DNA from: Amphiscolops sp. MND2022
Taxonomy: Eukaryota
NCBI GenBank assembly: GCA_964187785.1
Contig: OZ076409.1
Coordinates: 97,652,001-97,716,000, forward strand
Direction: 5' to 3'
Length of the DNA stretch: 64,000 nt
The notes beneath the pieces were generated by a model. The model was not told the DNA's origin. It searched no databases and was given only the letters and a program-made list of their open reading frames with translations. This document shows, one piece after another, positions 44,708-58,300 of this stretch (positions are counted from its first letter, which is position 1; each line of letters begins with the position of its first letter). Both the position numbers and the translations under genes were made by a program.

Positions 44708-47700
44708 TGTAATACCGAATCTTACGGTGACATTGCCAATCGAAGACGTAGTCTTCTATCAAAACGACTAGTCAAACAATTTAGATTCAAATGATGATTT
44801 TTGTTAGTAAATACCATACTACCGTATTGTGCCTTTTTTAAATCATTGGATCCAGAACATAGGTAGACTATAGATCGTTCATTGATAGATTGCGTACTAA
44901 AGAAAAAGTCTCAGTTCAAACTTGTTTTATTATTCTAAAGAAGACATAGAACATGGCGCAGTCAGCATTTTAATTACCCATTGAATTTTACCGAAACAAA
45001 GGTTATGAGAACAGAAACGAAACGAATTGACGTACCGAATTTCGAGGCCACATCAGACGGAAAACGAATCTTTACATCGAAACAATGGCTCGAAAGATGC
45101 CGGCAATATACAAAGAGAAAATACAACATCGACATTACTGGTACGGGGAGCCGAAATGACACAAAACGGTTGGACCGAAAAAGAAACGGAAGTACAAGAA
45201 GACTTCATATGCATAGGCCCCGAAGCACTGTACCAAATGAAACCGGCAGAAAACAAAACCGAACGGGACAAAATAGCGGTGAAAGGTTTAATCCGACTGT
45301 TGAACGAATAATTCCTACCAAAATGAAGTTCATATCACAACCGCGAGGAAATCTTTTGGACAAAACAGACTGAAACAGAAACACCCGAAGACTTCTGGCG
45401 GAGGTTGAAAGAAATTGAAAAAAATGTGCATTCGAAGGAATTACAGCCGCAGATTTACTAATTTCAAAGTTTATGACCGCACTTACGGATACAAAACTCC
45501 GAGATAAACTAATTAAAAAAAAAGAAACTCGAATTGAAGAAAACAATTGAGATGATCAAACAGAACACATATGAAAGGAAGAACAGAAAAAACACAATTC
45601 CGGAAGTTTTAATTGCAAACCGAGAAAAAGAAATAAAAGAAGAACCAATACAAAAAATGGAACGATTCGGAACAAGACCGAAAAACAGAATGATAAACAA
45701 CAATCCTTGTAAATTTTGTAACGCACCAAATTGGAACACAAGCCACAAATGCCCGGGATTGTATAAAATCTGCATTAATTGCGGAAAGAAAGGACACTTA
45801 GCTAGAGTTTGTAGACAAAAAGAAATTTACAAACGCAACGCACAAAATGTAACCGAAGAAGAAACAACAGCAATTGGCGGAGAATCTACTGAATTGAAAA
45901 GCTAAATAGAATTACCGATAGAAACAAATACCTGACAGCGAAAGTGAAAGTGGACGGAATTGAAAAAGAATCCATAGTAAACACTGAATCACGGGTTTCA
46001 ATAATGCCGAGACAAAAATATACTGAAGAAAACCGAAATCCAGAAAATAAAACATCGGTACCAAGATGTAGTTTAAAACGAAGTGAATTTCGGAGGAAAA
46101 ATATCAACGGACATTGAATACAAGAACAACAAACAGAAAATGCAAATACTAATCACCGAAATAGATGACAGAACACCACTACTGGGAATGGATTGGATGA
46201 AGAAATTAAATTTAACAATCAGAAACATCCGAACAGACAAAAACAATCAACGAACGAATCAGAAAAAAGCGAGTGATTGAAAATGTCCCGGATTTATTCA
46301 AGAACAACACAACAACAAAAGATACCGGAATAACCTCCAATTAAAACCGGGACACTATCCGGTGAAACAGAAAGCAAGACCTATCTCACTACACTTACAA
46401 GAAGAAGTCAGTAAAGAAATGGAGATACTAATGAAAACCGGACATCTAGAAAAATAAAACATGTGAATGAAGATTGCTTTGTTTCTCCGGTAGTAATCAC
46501 CGTAAAAAAAGATAAATTGATAAAGATTGCACTGGATTCAAGGAAATTAAATGACAGCTGCATAAAAAATCACACCCGATATGCCGAACACGGAAGACCT
46601 GTTGAACCAAATTTCGGCAGAGATTACAAGAGACCGACCAAAAGAAAATTGATCTGGACTACCTACGCATGTGGTTTAAAAAACTATCAAAAGAAACGAG
46701 CCGACAATGCGTATTTGCCTTAACCGGTGAAAGTTTAGCGGATATTTCTGATTGAAAGAAGGATTTCAAGGTCTTGCTGATATCCCAACAATCTTTCAAG
46801 AAAAATTGACCGAACTTTCGAATATTCCACACCGGCTTGGTTCGACGACATACTCGTAGTCACGAGAGGAGACCAAACAGAACACGAGAAAAAATTATTT
46901 GATTAACTGAAAAAACTAGAAGTTGCAGGATACGGAGCGAGCGAAAGGAAATCCGATTTCTTCCTAAAACAAAACCAAATAGCTTGGACACGAAATTGAT
47001 GAAACGGGGATTAAACCGAACACAGAGAAAGTAAAAGCAATACTGCACTTGAAACACCCGGAAAACCAAAAACAACTGAAATCATTCCTCGGTGCAATAC
47101 AGTACCTCGCAAAACTTGTACCGAGATTATCGGAAAGAGCCGATACACATAGTAACAACTGTCTGTAAAAATATCTAATTGTAAAATTGGACTCGGAATT
47201 AAATTAGGGCAGAAACAGTCGGATGGAGCGATAAAACCGATAGCATTCGGAAGCAGATAACCAAATGAAAACGAACAGAACTATTCGATCAGGAATTTAG
47301 AATTATTGGCAGTTGTGTGGGGCTTAGAATAGTTCCGATTTTACTTATACGGAAAGAAAACCTTTTTATACACAGACCACAAAGCATTTGAAACATTGAA
47401 TAAAAAAACTGGTGCTGTCGGGAGTATAGCGCAAGACTAACTAGATGGTTAGACCGACTCGCGCACTTTGATATAGCTGTACAACACATCGCCGGTAGCA
47501 ATCAAACGTTTACCAATTTTCCGAGTAGAAATCCGGTAGAAAACGCAGCGACCGAAGGCGTATACGATGGGCAATACATAATATATATATATAACCTGAG
47601 AACAAGTCGAGTTAAATATCAAATAAGGATAACTAATCTTCGACCGATCACAAAACGCACCGAAAGGAAATAAAACAAACGAAACAAAAAGTGATAACCA

Positions 47701-50465
47701 AACAAAACACAACAGAACATTCGCGAATAACCGAGACGTGAACATAAATTGCGATCAAGCGAAGTTTGCATCGAACAATTGCCGAGAAAAGTTCTAACCG
47801 GTAAGTTCAAACGTTAATTTTATTCAAATTTCAATTTCAAGTTCAAATTTTTTCCATCATTTAAGAAAGAAATGGGGTGCAACTGGCGAGAAGAAAAATT
47901 ACTTCCACTGGGGTGCAACTGCCGAGATCATGGAGATCATCAGACGGAGAAGAAGAGCCCAGAAACCCTCAGGATAGTGGAAAGGAGAATAGAAATCTCG
48001 AGACCATGGACTTAGCGCCGAACATTCGACATGACCGCTCAACGACAAATCTGTGTCCCCTCCAGTTCGAAAAGTAGAGAAAAATCGACAGCGAAATGCT
48101 CTCACGGGCAAGCCGATTCGGCGGATGATACTAACCATAAGATGACTGAATAGCGGAAGAAGATGATCGCGACAACAACAATAACAGTCAACAGCAACCA
48201 GAAATCATAGAAGAAGAAAAAGAACCGGACAGCGAAGGCTAAAGCCAGATAATACGGGGAGACAATACCCCAATCGTGGGTTTAAAACACTACAACACGG
48301 AAAGACGAGAAGCTTAGATCGTACAAATGAACCAAATAATCGGAAAAATGGTAAGGGACAAGAAAACCACGGAAGATGAATCAAATAGGCCGAATTCAAC
48401 TTCATGCTCGACCTAATAACACTAATCGCGAAATCCACTACAGACGCTGAACTGAATCGGGTCAGAGGCGCAATGAGAAGAGCAGAAATAAATACAGCCC
48501 CAGAACCTTACCGACCAGCATTCGAAGAGCTATAGAACGAGTGGCGACTAACATTCAACGAAGACCGCAAAATCGTGCCGACTGAAGTGAGGAAGAAACT
48601 ACTCGATACATTGCATTTCGGACATGCCGGAGCGACAAAGATGTTAGTCGAAGGAAAAATATTCTGGTGGCCGAACATATCAAAAGAGATTGAGAACAAA
48701 ACCCAAAACTGCGTGGCGTGCATGGCTTCGGGTAAGAATCTGAATTATCAAAGACCGAAAAGTACCTCGGAAAACTAAAAACATTAACGGAACCGGGACT
48801 AGAAATTCAAATCGATTTTCCCGGAAAAGTGAACCACAAAAAACTAAACGGATAACACTAAATACTAATTGCCATCGATAGATTTAGCAAATGGCCAACC
48901 GTAAAGATTTGTAAATCATCAGAAACGAAAGAAGTATTGATCTTCTGGATACAAAAATTTAGTTTATACGGACTCTCGGACAAAATTATAACGGACAATG
49001 GCGGAGCATTTATTTCCAAAGAGTATTAAGATTTCTGCAAATCGAAAAAGATCGAAATTGAATATACTACGCCGAGACTACATACCGGTACAGGAGTAGT
49101 AGAACGCGCAATACAAACGTTGAAGAATTTAATATTCGCTAACATGGAAGACAATTTATGCTTGACCGAATGTGTACATAGAGCATTAAACGTAATGTGA
49201 TTTACAAAACATACGGGACTAAAGATCACACCGTTTGAGTTACACCACGGTCGCAAACCAAGAACCGAGTTAACAATTTTAATGAAGACCGGAAAACCTT
49301 TTTTCTGATTGGTCGGAAATGTTCATTTTAGCAATTATCCGACCGAAGCTACCAACCTACGTTACAAGAAATGGAGACGGGGAGGTATCAAACCACATTG
49401 CAATGGGCCGTGCAAAATGAAGGAAAAGCCTTAACCGAAAAGTCACCGAAAAAGAGATGTTCGGTTAGAAACTATCCCTTTCAATTCTTCGAAAAAAACC
49501 ATAACAAAAAATCACTTGCAGGTAGATTTCAGAAAAAAATAAAAACTGCAGTAAAAGGTACGGAACACACCGTAACCACCAATACCAGAAAAATATCTCA
49601 CTGAAAATTTATTTCCCGTCCAATTATATTTCAGAAAGAGAGAAAAGCAACACCGAAAATGGGACACAATAACCCCAAAAAACCCACATTGTCTCAGAGG
49701 GATGGTCGGAAAGTACATATAATGGAAAGAAATCCTAAGAGATGCACTGAACGGCAAGTGGAAAATTGTTCAAATTAAAAGAACGGGATTTGACCCCGAA
49801 CGCGAGGAAGGAGAAATAGAAGACAAAGAAAGTGATTTTGAGCATCACGACACATCCGAACGTGACAGCTGCTACCGTCAAATCACAAAATTTCCCGAAG
49901 ACAAACTAAATCTCCACACAGAAGGCGCGTTAAATACGGGTGAGATTAAAACGGAAAATTTTATAACCGAAAACAAATATTAGACGGTCAAACCGTGAAA
50001 GCAAACAACTGAGTATATACGGGGGGTTATAAATACCCGAAATTTCTGGGTATGAATTAATAGACTTAAAATGTTACAGGTGACAAATTGAACAATAGAA
50101 AAGGAACCCCACAAACCACTTCCCAAAAGCGGACTTCGCACGCAAGAAAACACCAACACCGGGAACGTCAAAAATGTAAACCGAGGAGAGCCCAGAAGGG
50201 GGAATGTAATACGGTGCAAATACCGATACCGATTTCACGGTGACATTGCCAATCAAACTTGCTTCTATCAAAAAGACTAAAATTCAAAAAAAATAGATTC
50301 AAACGTTGCTTTTTGTTAGTAAATACCATACTACCGTATTGTGCCTCATTTATATCATTGGATCTAGAACATAGATAGACTATAGATCGTTCATTGATAG
50401 ATTGCGTACTAAAGAAAAAGTCTCAGTTCAAAGCTGTTTTCTTATTCTATCTAAGACATAGAACA
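44708..50465 (+). mobile_element. Full-length but decayed Ty3/gypsy element with short LTRs (44708-44953, 50205-50465)
   Basis: TG...CA LTRs, 5-bp TSD TCGGC (44703-44707, 50466-50470), PBS TGGCGCAGTC (tRNA-Ser type), PPT AGAAGGGGGAA. Remnants CINCGKKGHLARVC, IALDSRKLN, LHFGHAG...CVAC; many stops. Confidence 0.93.
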
Positions 50466-51872
50466 TCGGCAACGGGTGAGAATGTTGAACCATGCCGCAT
50501 GTGCGATTAAAGAGACAGATACTGATTAAAATATTGAAAAAGAAAAACAAATTACAAAATTTTTTGTCGTTTGGTAATTTTTCTACTAATTTTGGCAATG
50601 TTTTTCTGATCTGTCATACGATTTTGATGCCATTGCCTACATAGGACCGTAATATGGTTCAGAATGATTGTTAAAAAATCCGTTTGAATCGTAATGACAG
50701 GTTTTGAGAGAATCGAAAAAAGTTTAAAATGTCCGTTTTTTGATCATCTTTGGACAAATTTTGACAAATATCTTTCTCAGATCGCAGTCATACGATTTTG
50801 ATGTCATTAAGTGAAGGAAAATTTTTTTCGACTCCAAATAAAAAATACTCACTTTAAGAAAGTCAAATACTTTTCCAATCAATGTTTGAACGTTTGTTTT
50901 TTCTTCGTAATTTAGTCTCGCCCTATTGAAAAATCAACTCCATCAAAATTGTTTTTTTTTGCTTCCAATATTAACAGCTTAACAAAAGTTGTTTACTCTA
51001 ATGGGGGTTTTTCGGAATTTTTTACTTGGTAACATTTTCAAAATGTCTCTATTTGTGAAGAAACGATCTAATTTATAATTGAAAATGCGCATAATTGGTT
51101 CACTTGAGCGAAATATCAAATTGAATTCGTAATTGAGGTCTATTTGAGAAGAACCCAGAAAAATTATTCAAAACATATTCCAGTAAAAACTTCAAAGCTC
51201 GCGTCAAATAAGCTCGTTAAGATATCTACGTTATCTTTCATTGGTCACTTGTTTGAAGTCAAATATTCCCGGTAGACAGCAACTAAATTTCACATTGAAC
51301 CCGAAATGTTTTCCAAGAAGCATCATTTTCATTGCTGATGCCCAAAATCGGGCCTATATGACCGGCAAAAAATGGACAGCATAATGACCTATTGAACTAC
51401 CAGAAAAGAACCTTCTTCAGTTCTGAAGTGGAGTTAGAGGACGGAATATAACATTGACCTCATTGTCTGATTATCTACTTACAGTAACTCTGTTTACTGT
51501 ACTTAATTATAGATATGGTCTACAGTACCTGTCAGCACTATATCCTCATCTACGAGGCAAATTTAGTTGTATAAAACGTAAAACTCATGAGGAAAGTCTT
51601 GGAAAAACAATTTCTTATTATTTAGAATATCGTATACAACAAGTTGAAAAGACAGCCCTGGGAAGATTCAGCGATTATTCATTTTATGATCAGATGGTCG
51701 AACCTATGCATATCAATACACTGGCACTACACCCGGAAGCTTCCGCACTGGTGCAGCTTTTGTCTGAAAGTAGAATGGTGTAGGTTATTATGATGCACAG
51801 CTCGGTCTGTCGATTTTAGTTATAACCTCCATTACACGCATAAACAAACAAGACCGGGCCGTCTAAAGTTGG

Positions 51873-52352
51873 AACAAGTCGGGACCGCCCAAGTTGGCGC
51901 CATATCTGAGGCTCAAAAATAGCAAAGAGAATTTAAAGTGTCAAGTATTCTTTTACTGTACCTGAAAAGTCCAGAATCTGGACCGAATTGGCGCGCCAGG
52001 GGGGGGGGCGGTTTTAGATTTTCATCCATTCTGTCGCAAATCAACAAAAAAAGAAGGGGGCCCTTTGGTGAACTTTTTTTTAAAAAGTCTCACAATGCCG
52101 GAAAAACTGAAAGGGGGACCCCTTCGGGATTTTTCAACATCCATTTTGTCGCAAAAGTCCTGAAAACTGAAAGGGGATCCTCTGTGGAAATTTTTTTCGA
52201 AGAAGAAATTTTTCACAATGCCAAAAAAAGTGAAAAGGGAGACCCTTTAGTCTCGCCCAGTATTGACTGTTACGCGGAAAAAAGGAAAACCCTTTTTGAT
52301 TCAGTTCCCTGGGCCAGCAGGTACAATTTCAAATTTTGTAGAACTTTTGGTC
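51873..52352 (-). repeat. Reverse copy of dispersed repeat family running directly into the satellite
   Basis: AACAAGTCGGGACCGCCCAAGTTGGCGCCATATCTGAGGCTC is the reverse complement of the family end; GGGGACCC subrepeats follow. Confidence 0.75.
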
Positions 52353-55300
52353 GAACTATTATGGTCACTTCAGGTGTATCGGAAAAAAACACTGACGAAA
52401 AGCCATGACTATAGTCGACTCTTGGGGTAGAACTATTCTGGTCACTTCAGGTGTATCGAAAAAAACACTGACGAAAAGCCATGACTATAGTCGACTCTTG
52501 GAGTAGAACTATTCTGGTCACTTCAGGTGTATCGAAAAAAGAACAGTGACGAAAAGCCATGACTATAGTCGACTCTTGGGGTAGAACTATTCTGGTCACT
52601 TCAGGTGTATCGAATAAAAAACACTGACGAAAAGCCATGACTATAGTCGACTCTTGGGGTAGAACTATTCTGGTCACTTCAGGTGTATCGAAAAAAGAAC
52701 AGTGACGAAAAGCCATGACTATAGTCGACTCTTGGGGTAGAACTATTCTGGTCACTTCAGGTGTATCGAATAAAAAACACTGACGAAAAGCCATGACTAT
52801 AGTCGACTCTTGGGGTAGAACTGTTCTGGTCACTTCAGAGGTGTATCGAATAAAAAACACTGACGAAAAGCCATGACTATAGTCGACTCTTGGGGTAGAA
52901 CTATTCTGGTCACTTCAGGTGTATCGAATAAAAAACACTGACGAAAAGCCATGACTATAGTCGACTCTTGGGGTAGAACTATTCTGGTCACTTCAGGTGT
53001 ATCGAAAAAAGAACTGACGAAAAGCCATGACTATAGTCGACTCTTGGGGTAGAACTATTCTGGTCACTTCAGGTGTATCGAAAAAAGAACAGTGACGAAA
53101 AGCCATGACTATAGTCGACTCTTGGGGTAGAACTATTCTGGTCAATTCAGGTGTATCGAATAAAAAACACTGACGAAAAGCCATGACTATAGTCGACTTT
53201 TGGGGTAGAACTATTCTGGTCACTTCAGGTGTATCGAAAAAAGAACAGTGACGAAAAGCCATGACTATAGTCGACTCTTGGGGTAGAACTATTCTGGTCA
53301 CTTCAGGTGTATCGAAAAAAGAACAGTGACGAAAAGCCATGACTATAGTCGACTCTTGGGGTAGAACTATTCTGGTCACTTCAGGTGTATCGAAAAAAAA
53401 ACACTGACGAAAAGCCATGACTATAGTCGACTCTTGGGGTAGAACTATTCTGGTCACTTCAGGTGTATCGAAAAAAAACACTGACGAAAAGCCATCACTA
53501 TAGTCGACTCTTGGGGTAGAACTATTCTGGTCACTTCAGGTGTATCGAATAAAAAACACTGACGAAAAGCCATGACTATAGTCGACTCTTGGGGTAGAAC
53601 TATTCTGGTCACTTCAGGTGTATCGAAAAAAACACTGACGAAAAGCCATGACTATAGTCGACTCTTGGGGTAGAACTATTCTGGTCACTTCAGGTGTATC
53701 GAAAAAAACACTGACGAAAAGCCATGACTATAGTCGACTCTTGGGGTAGAACTATTCTGGTCACTTCAGGTGTATCGAAAAAAAACACTGACGAAAAGCC
53801 ATCACTATAGTCGACTCTTGGGGTAGAACTATTCTGGTCACTTCAGGTGTATCGAAAAAAACACTGACGAAAAGCCATCACTATAGTCGACTCTTGGGGT
53901 AGAACTATTCTGGTCACTTCAGGTGTATCGAAAAAAAAAACAAAACACTGACGAAAAGCCATGACTATAGTCGACTCTTGGGGTAGAACTATTCTGGTCA
54001 CTTCAGGTGTATCGACAAAAACACTGACGAAAAGCCATCACTATAGTCGACTCTTGGGGTAGAACTATTCTGGTCACTTCAGGTGTATCGAAAAAAGAAC
54101 AGTGACGAAAAGCCATGACTATAGTCGACTCTTGGGGTAGAACTATTCTGGTCACTTCAGGTGTATCGAAAAAAACACTGACGAAAAGCCATGACTATAG
54201 TCGACTCTTGGGGTAGAACTATTCTGGTCACTTCAGGTGTATCGAAAAAAAAGCACTGACGAAAAGCCATGACTATAGTCGACTCTTGGGGTAGAACTAT
54301 TCTGGTCACTTCAGGTGTATCGAAAAAAAAACACTGACGAAAAGCCATCACTATAGTCGACTCTTGGGGTAGAACTATTCTGGTCACTTCAGGTGTATCG
54401 AAAAAAACACTGACGAAAAGCCATGACTATAGTCGACTCTTGGGGTAGAACTATTCTGGTTACTTCAGGTGTATCGAAAAAAGAACAGTGACGAAAAGCC
54501 ATGACTATAGTCGACTCTTGGGGTAGAACTATTCTGGTCACTTCAGGTGTATCGAAAAAAACACTGACGAAAAGCCATGACTATAGTCGACTCTTGGGGT
54601 AGAACTATTCTGGTCACTTCAGGTGTATCGAAAAAAAAACACTGACGAAAAGCCATCACTATAGTCGACTCTTGGGGTAGAACTATTCTGGTCACTTCAG
54701 GTGTATCGAAAAAAGAACAGTGACGAAAAGCCATGACTATAGTCGACTCTTGGGGTAGAACTATTCTGGTCACTTCAGGTGTATCGAAAAAAACACTGAC
54801 GAAAAGCCATGACTATAGTCGATTCTTGGGGTAGAACTATTCTGGTCACTTCAGGTGTATCGAAAAAAAAACACTGACGAAAAGCCATGACTATAGTCGA
54901 CTCTTGGGGTAGAACTATTGTGGTCACTTCAGGTGTATCGAAAAAAAAACACTGACGAAAAGCCATCACTATAGTCGACTCTTGGGGTAGAACTATTCTG
55001 GTCACTTCAGGTGTATCGAAAAAAACACTGACGAAAAGCCATCACTATAGTCGACTCTTGGGGTAGAACTATTCTGGTCACTTCAGGTGTATCGAAAAGA
55101 GAACAGTGACGAAAAGCCATGACTATAGTTGACTCTTGGGGTAGAACTATTCTGGTCACTTCAGGTGTATCGAAAAAAACACTGACGAAAAGCCATGACT
55201 ATAGTCGACTCTTGGAGTAGAACTATTCTGGTCACTTCAGGTGTATCGAAAAAAGAACAGTGACGAAAAGCCATGACTATAGTCGACTCTTGGGGTAGAA

Positions 55301-58300
55301 CTATTCTGGTCACTTCAGGTGTATCGAATAAAAAACACTGACGAAAAGCCATGACTATAGTCGACTCTTGGGGTAGAACTATTCTGGTCACTTCAGGTGT
55401 ATCGAAAAAAGAACAGTGACGAAAAGCCATGACTATAGTCGACTCTTGGGGTAGAACTATTCTGGTCACTTCAGGTGTATCGAATAAAAAACACTGACGA
55501 AAAGCCATGACTATAGTCGACTCTTGGGGTAGAACTGTTCTGGTCACTTCAGAGGTGTATCGAATAAAAAACACTGACGAAAAGCCATGACTATAGTCGA
55601 CTCTTGGGGTAGAACTATTCTGGTCACTTCAGGTGTATCGAATAAAAAACACTGACGAAAAGCCATGACTATAGTCGACCCTTGGGGTAGAACTATTCTG
55701 GTCACTTCAGGTGTATCGAAAAAAGAACTGACGAAAAGCCATGACTATAGTCGACTCTTGGGGTAGAACTATTCTGGTCACTTCAGGTGTATCGAAAAAA
55801 GAACAGTGACGAAAAGCCATGACTATAGTCGACTCTTGGGGTAGAACTATTCTGGTCACTTCAGGTGTATCGAATAAAAAACACTGACGAAAAGCCATGA
55901 CTATAGTCGACTTTTGGGGTAGAACTATTCTGGTCACTTCAGGTGTATCGAAAAAAGAACAGTGACGAAAAGCCATGACTATAGTCGACTCTTGGGGTAG
56001 AACTATTCTGGTCACTTCAGGTGTATCGAAAAAAGAACAGTGACGAAAAGCCATGACTATAGTCGACTCTTGGGGTAGAACTATTCTGGTCACTTCAGGT
56101 GTATCGAAAAAAAAACACTGACGAAAAGCCATGACTATAGTCGACTCTTGGGGTAGAACTATTCTGGTCACTTCAGGTGTATCGAAAAAAAAACACTGAC
56201 GAAAAGCCATCACTATAGTCGACTCTTGGGGTAGAACTATTCTGGTCACTTCAGGTGTATCGAATAAAAAACACTGACGAAAAGCCATGACTATAGTCGA
56301 CTCTTGGGGTAGAACTATTCTGGTCACTTCAGGTGTATCGAAAAAAACACTGACGAAAAGCCATGACTATAGTCGACTCTTGGGGTAGAACTATTCTGGT
56401 CACTTCAGGTGTATCGAAAAAAACACTGACGAAAAGCCATGACTATAGTCGACTCTTGGGGTAGAACTATTCTGGTCACTTCAGGTGTATCGAAAAAAAA
56501 AACACTGACGAAAAGCCATCACTATAGTCGACTCTTGGGGTAGAACTATTCTGGTCACTTCAGGTGTATCGAAAAAAACACTGACGAAAAGCCATCACTA
56601 TAGTCGACTCTTGGGGTAGAACTATTCTGGTCACTTCAGGTGTATCGAAAAAAAAACAAAACACTGACGAAAAGCCATGACTATAGTCGACTCTTGGGGT
56701 AGAACTATTCTGGTCACTTCAGGTGTATCGACAAAAACACTGACGAAAAGGCATCACTATAGTCGACTCTTGGGGTAGAACTATTCTGGTCACTTCAGGT
56801 GTATCGAAAAAAGAACAGTGACGAAAAGCCATGACTATAGTCGACTCTTGGGGTAGAACTATTCTGGTCACTTCAGGTGTATCGAAAAAAACACTGACGA
56901 AAAGCCATGACTATAGTCGACTCTTGGGGTAGAACTATTCTGGTCACTTCAGGTGTATCGAAAAAAAAGCACTGACGAAAAGCCATGACTATAGTCGACT
57001 CTTGGGGTAGAACTATTCTGGTCACTTAAGGTGTATCGAAAAAAAAACACTGACGAAAAGCCATCACTATAGTCGACTCTTGGGGTAGAACTATTCTGGT
57101 CACTTCAGGTGTATCGAAAAAAACACTGACGAAAAGCCATGACTATAGTCGACTCTTGGGGTAGAACTATTCTGGTTACTTCAGGTGTATCGAAAAAAGA
57201 ACAGTGACGAAAAGCCATGACTATAGTCGACTCTTGGGGTAGAACTATTCTGGTCACTTCAGGTGTATCGAAAAAAACACTGACGAAAAGCCATGACTAT
57301 AGTCGACTCTTGGGGTAGAACTATTCTGGTCACTTCAGGTGTATCGAAAAAAAACACTGACGAAAAGCCATCACTATAGTCGACTCTTGGGGTAGAACTA
57401 TTCTGGTCACTTCAGGTGTATCGAAAAAAGAACAGTGACGAAAAGCCATGACTATAGTCGACTCTTGGGGTAGAACTATTCTGGTCACTTCAGGTGTATC
57501 GAAAAAAACACTGACGAAAAGCCATGACTATAGTCGATTCTTGGGGTAGAACTATTCTGGTCACTTCAGGTGTATCGAAAAAAAACACTGACGAAAAGCC
57601 ATGACTATAGTCGACTCTTGGGGTAGAACTATTCTGGTCACTTCAGGTGTATCGAAAAAAAAACACTGACGAAAAGCCATCACTATAGTCGACTCTTGGG
57701 GTAGAACTATTCTGGTCACTTCAGGTGTATCGAAAAAAACACTGACGAAAAGCCATCACTATAGTCGACTCTTGGGGTAGAACTATTCTGGTCACTTCAG
57801 GTGTATCGAAAAAAGAACAGTGACGAAAAGCCATGACTATAGTCGACTCTTGGGGTAGAACTATTCTGGTCACTTCAGGTGTATCGAAAAAAGAACAGTG
57901 ACGAAAAGCCATGACTATAGTCGACTCTTGGGGTAGAACTATTCTGGTCACTTCAGGTGTATCGAATAAAAAACACTGACGAAAAGCCATGACTATAGTC
58001 GACTCTTGGGGTAGAACTGTTCTGGTCACTTCAGAGGTGTATCGAATAAAAAACACTGACGAAAAGCCATGACTATAGTCGACTCTTGGGGTAGAACTAT
58101 TCTGGTCACTTCAGGTGTATCGAATAAAAAACACTGACGAAAAGCCATGACTATAGTCGACTCTTGGGGTAGAACTATTCTGGTCACTTCAGGTGTATCG
58201 AAAAAAGAACTGACGAAAAGCCATGACTATAGTCGACTCTTGGGGTAGAACTATTCTGGTCACTTCAGGTGTATCGAAAAAAGAACAGTGACGAAAAGCC

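Noticed and set aside
51454..51783. 109-aa plus-strand ORF
   Set aside because: Non-ATG start, no recognisable motif or supported exon structure.
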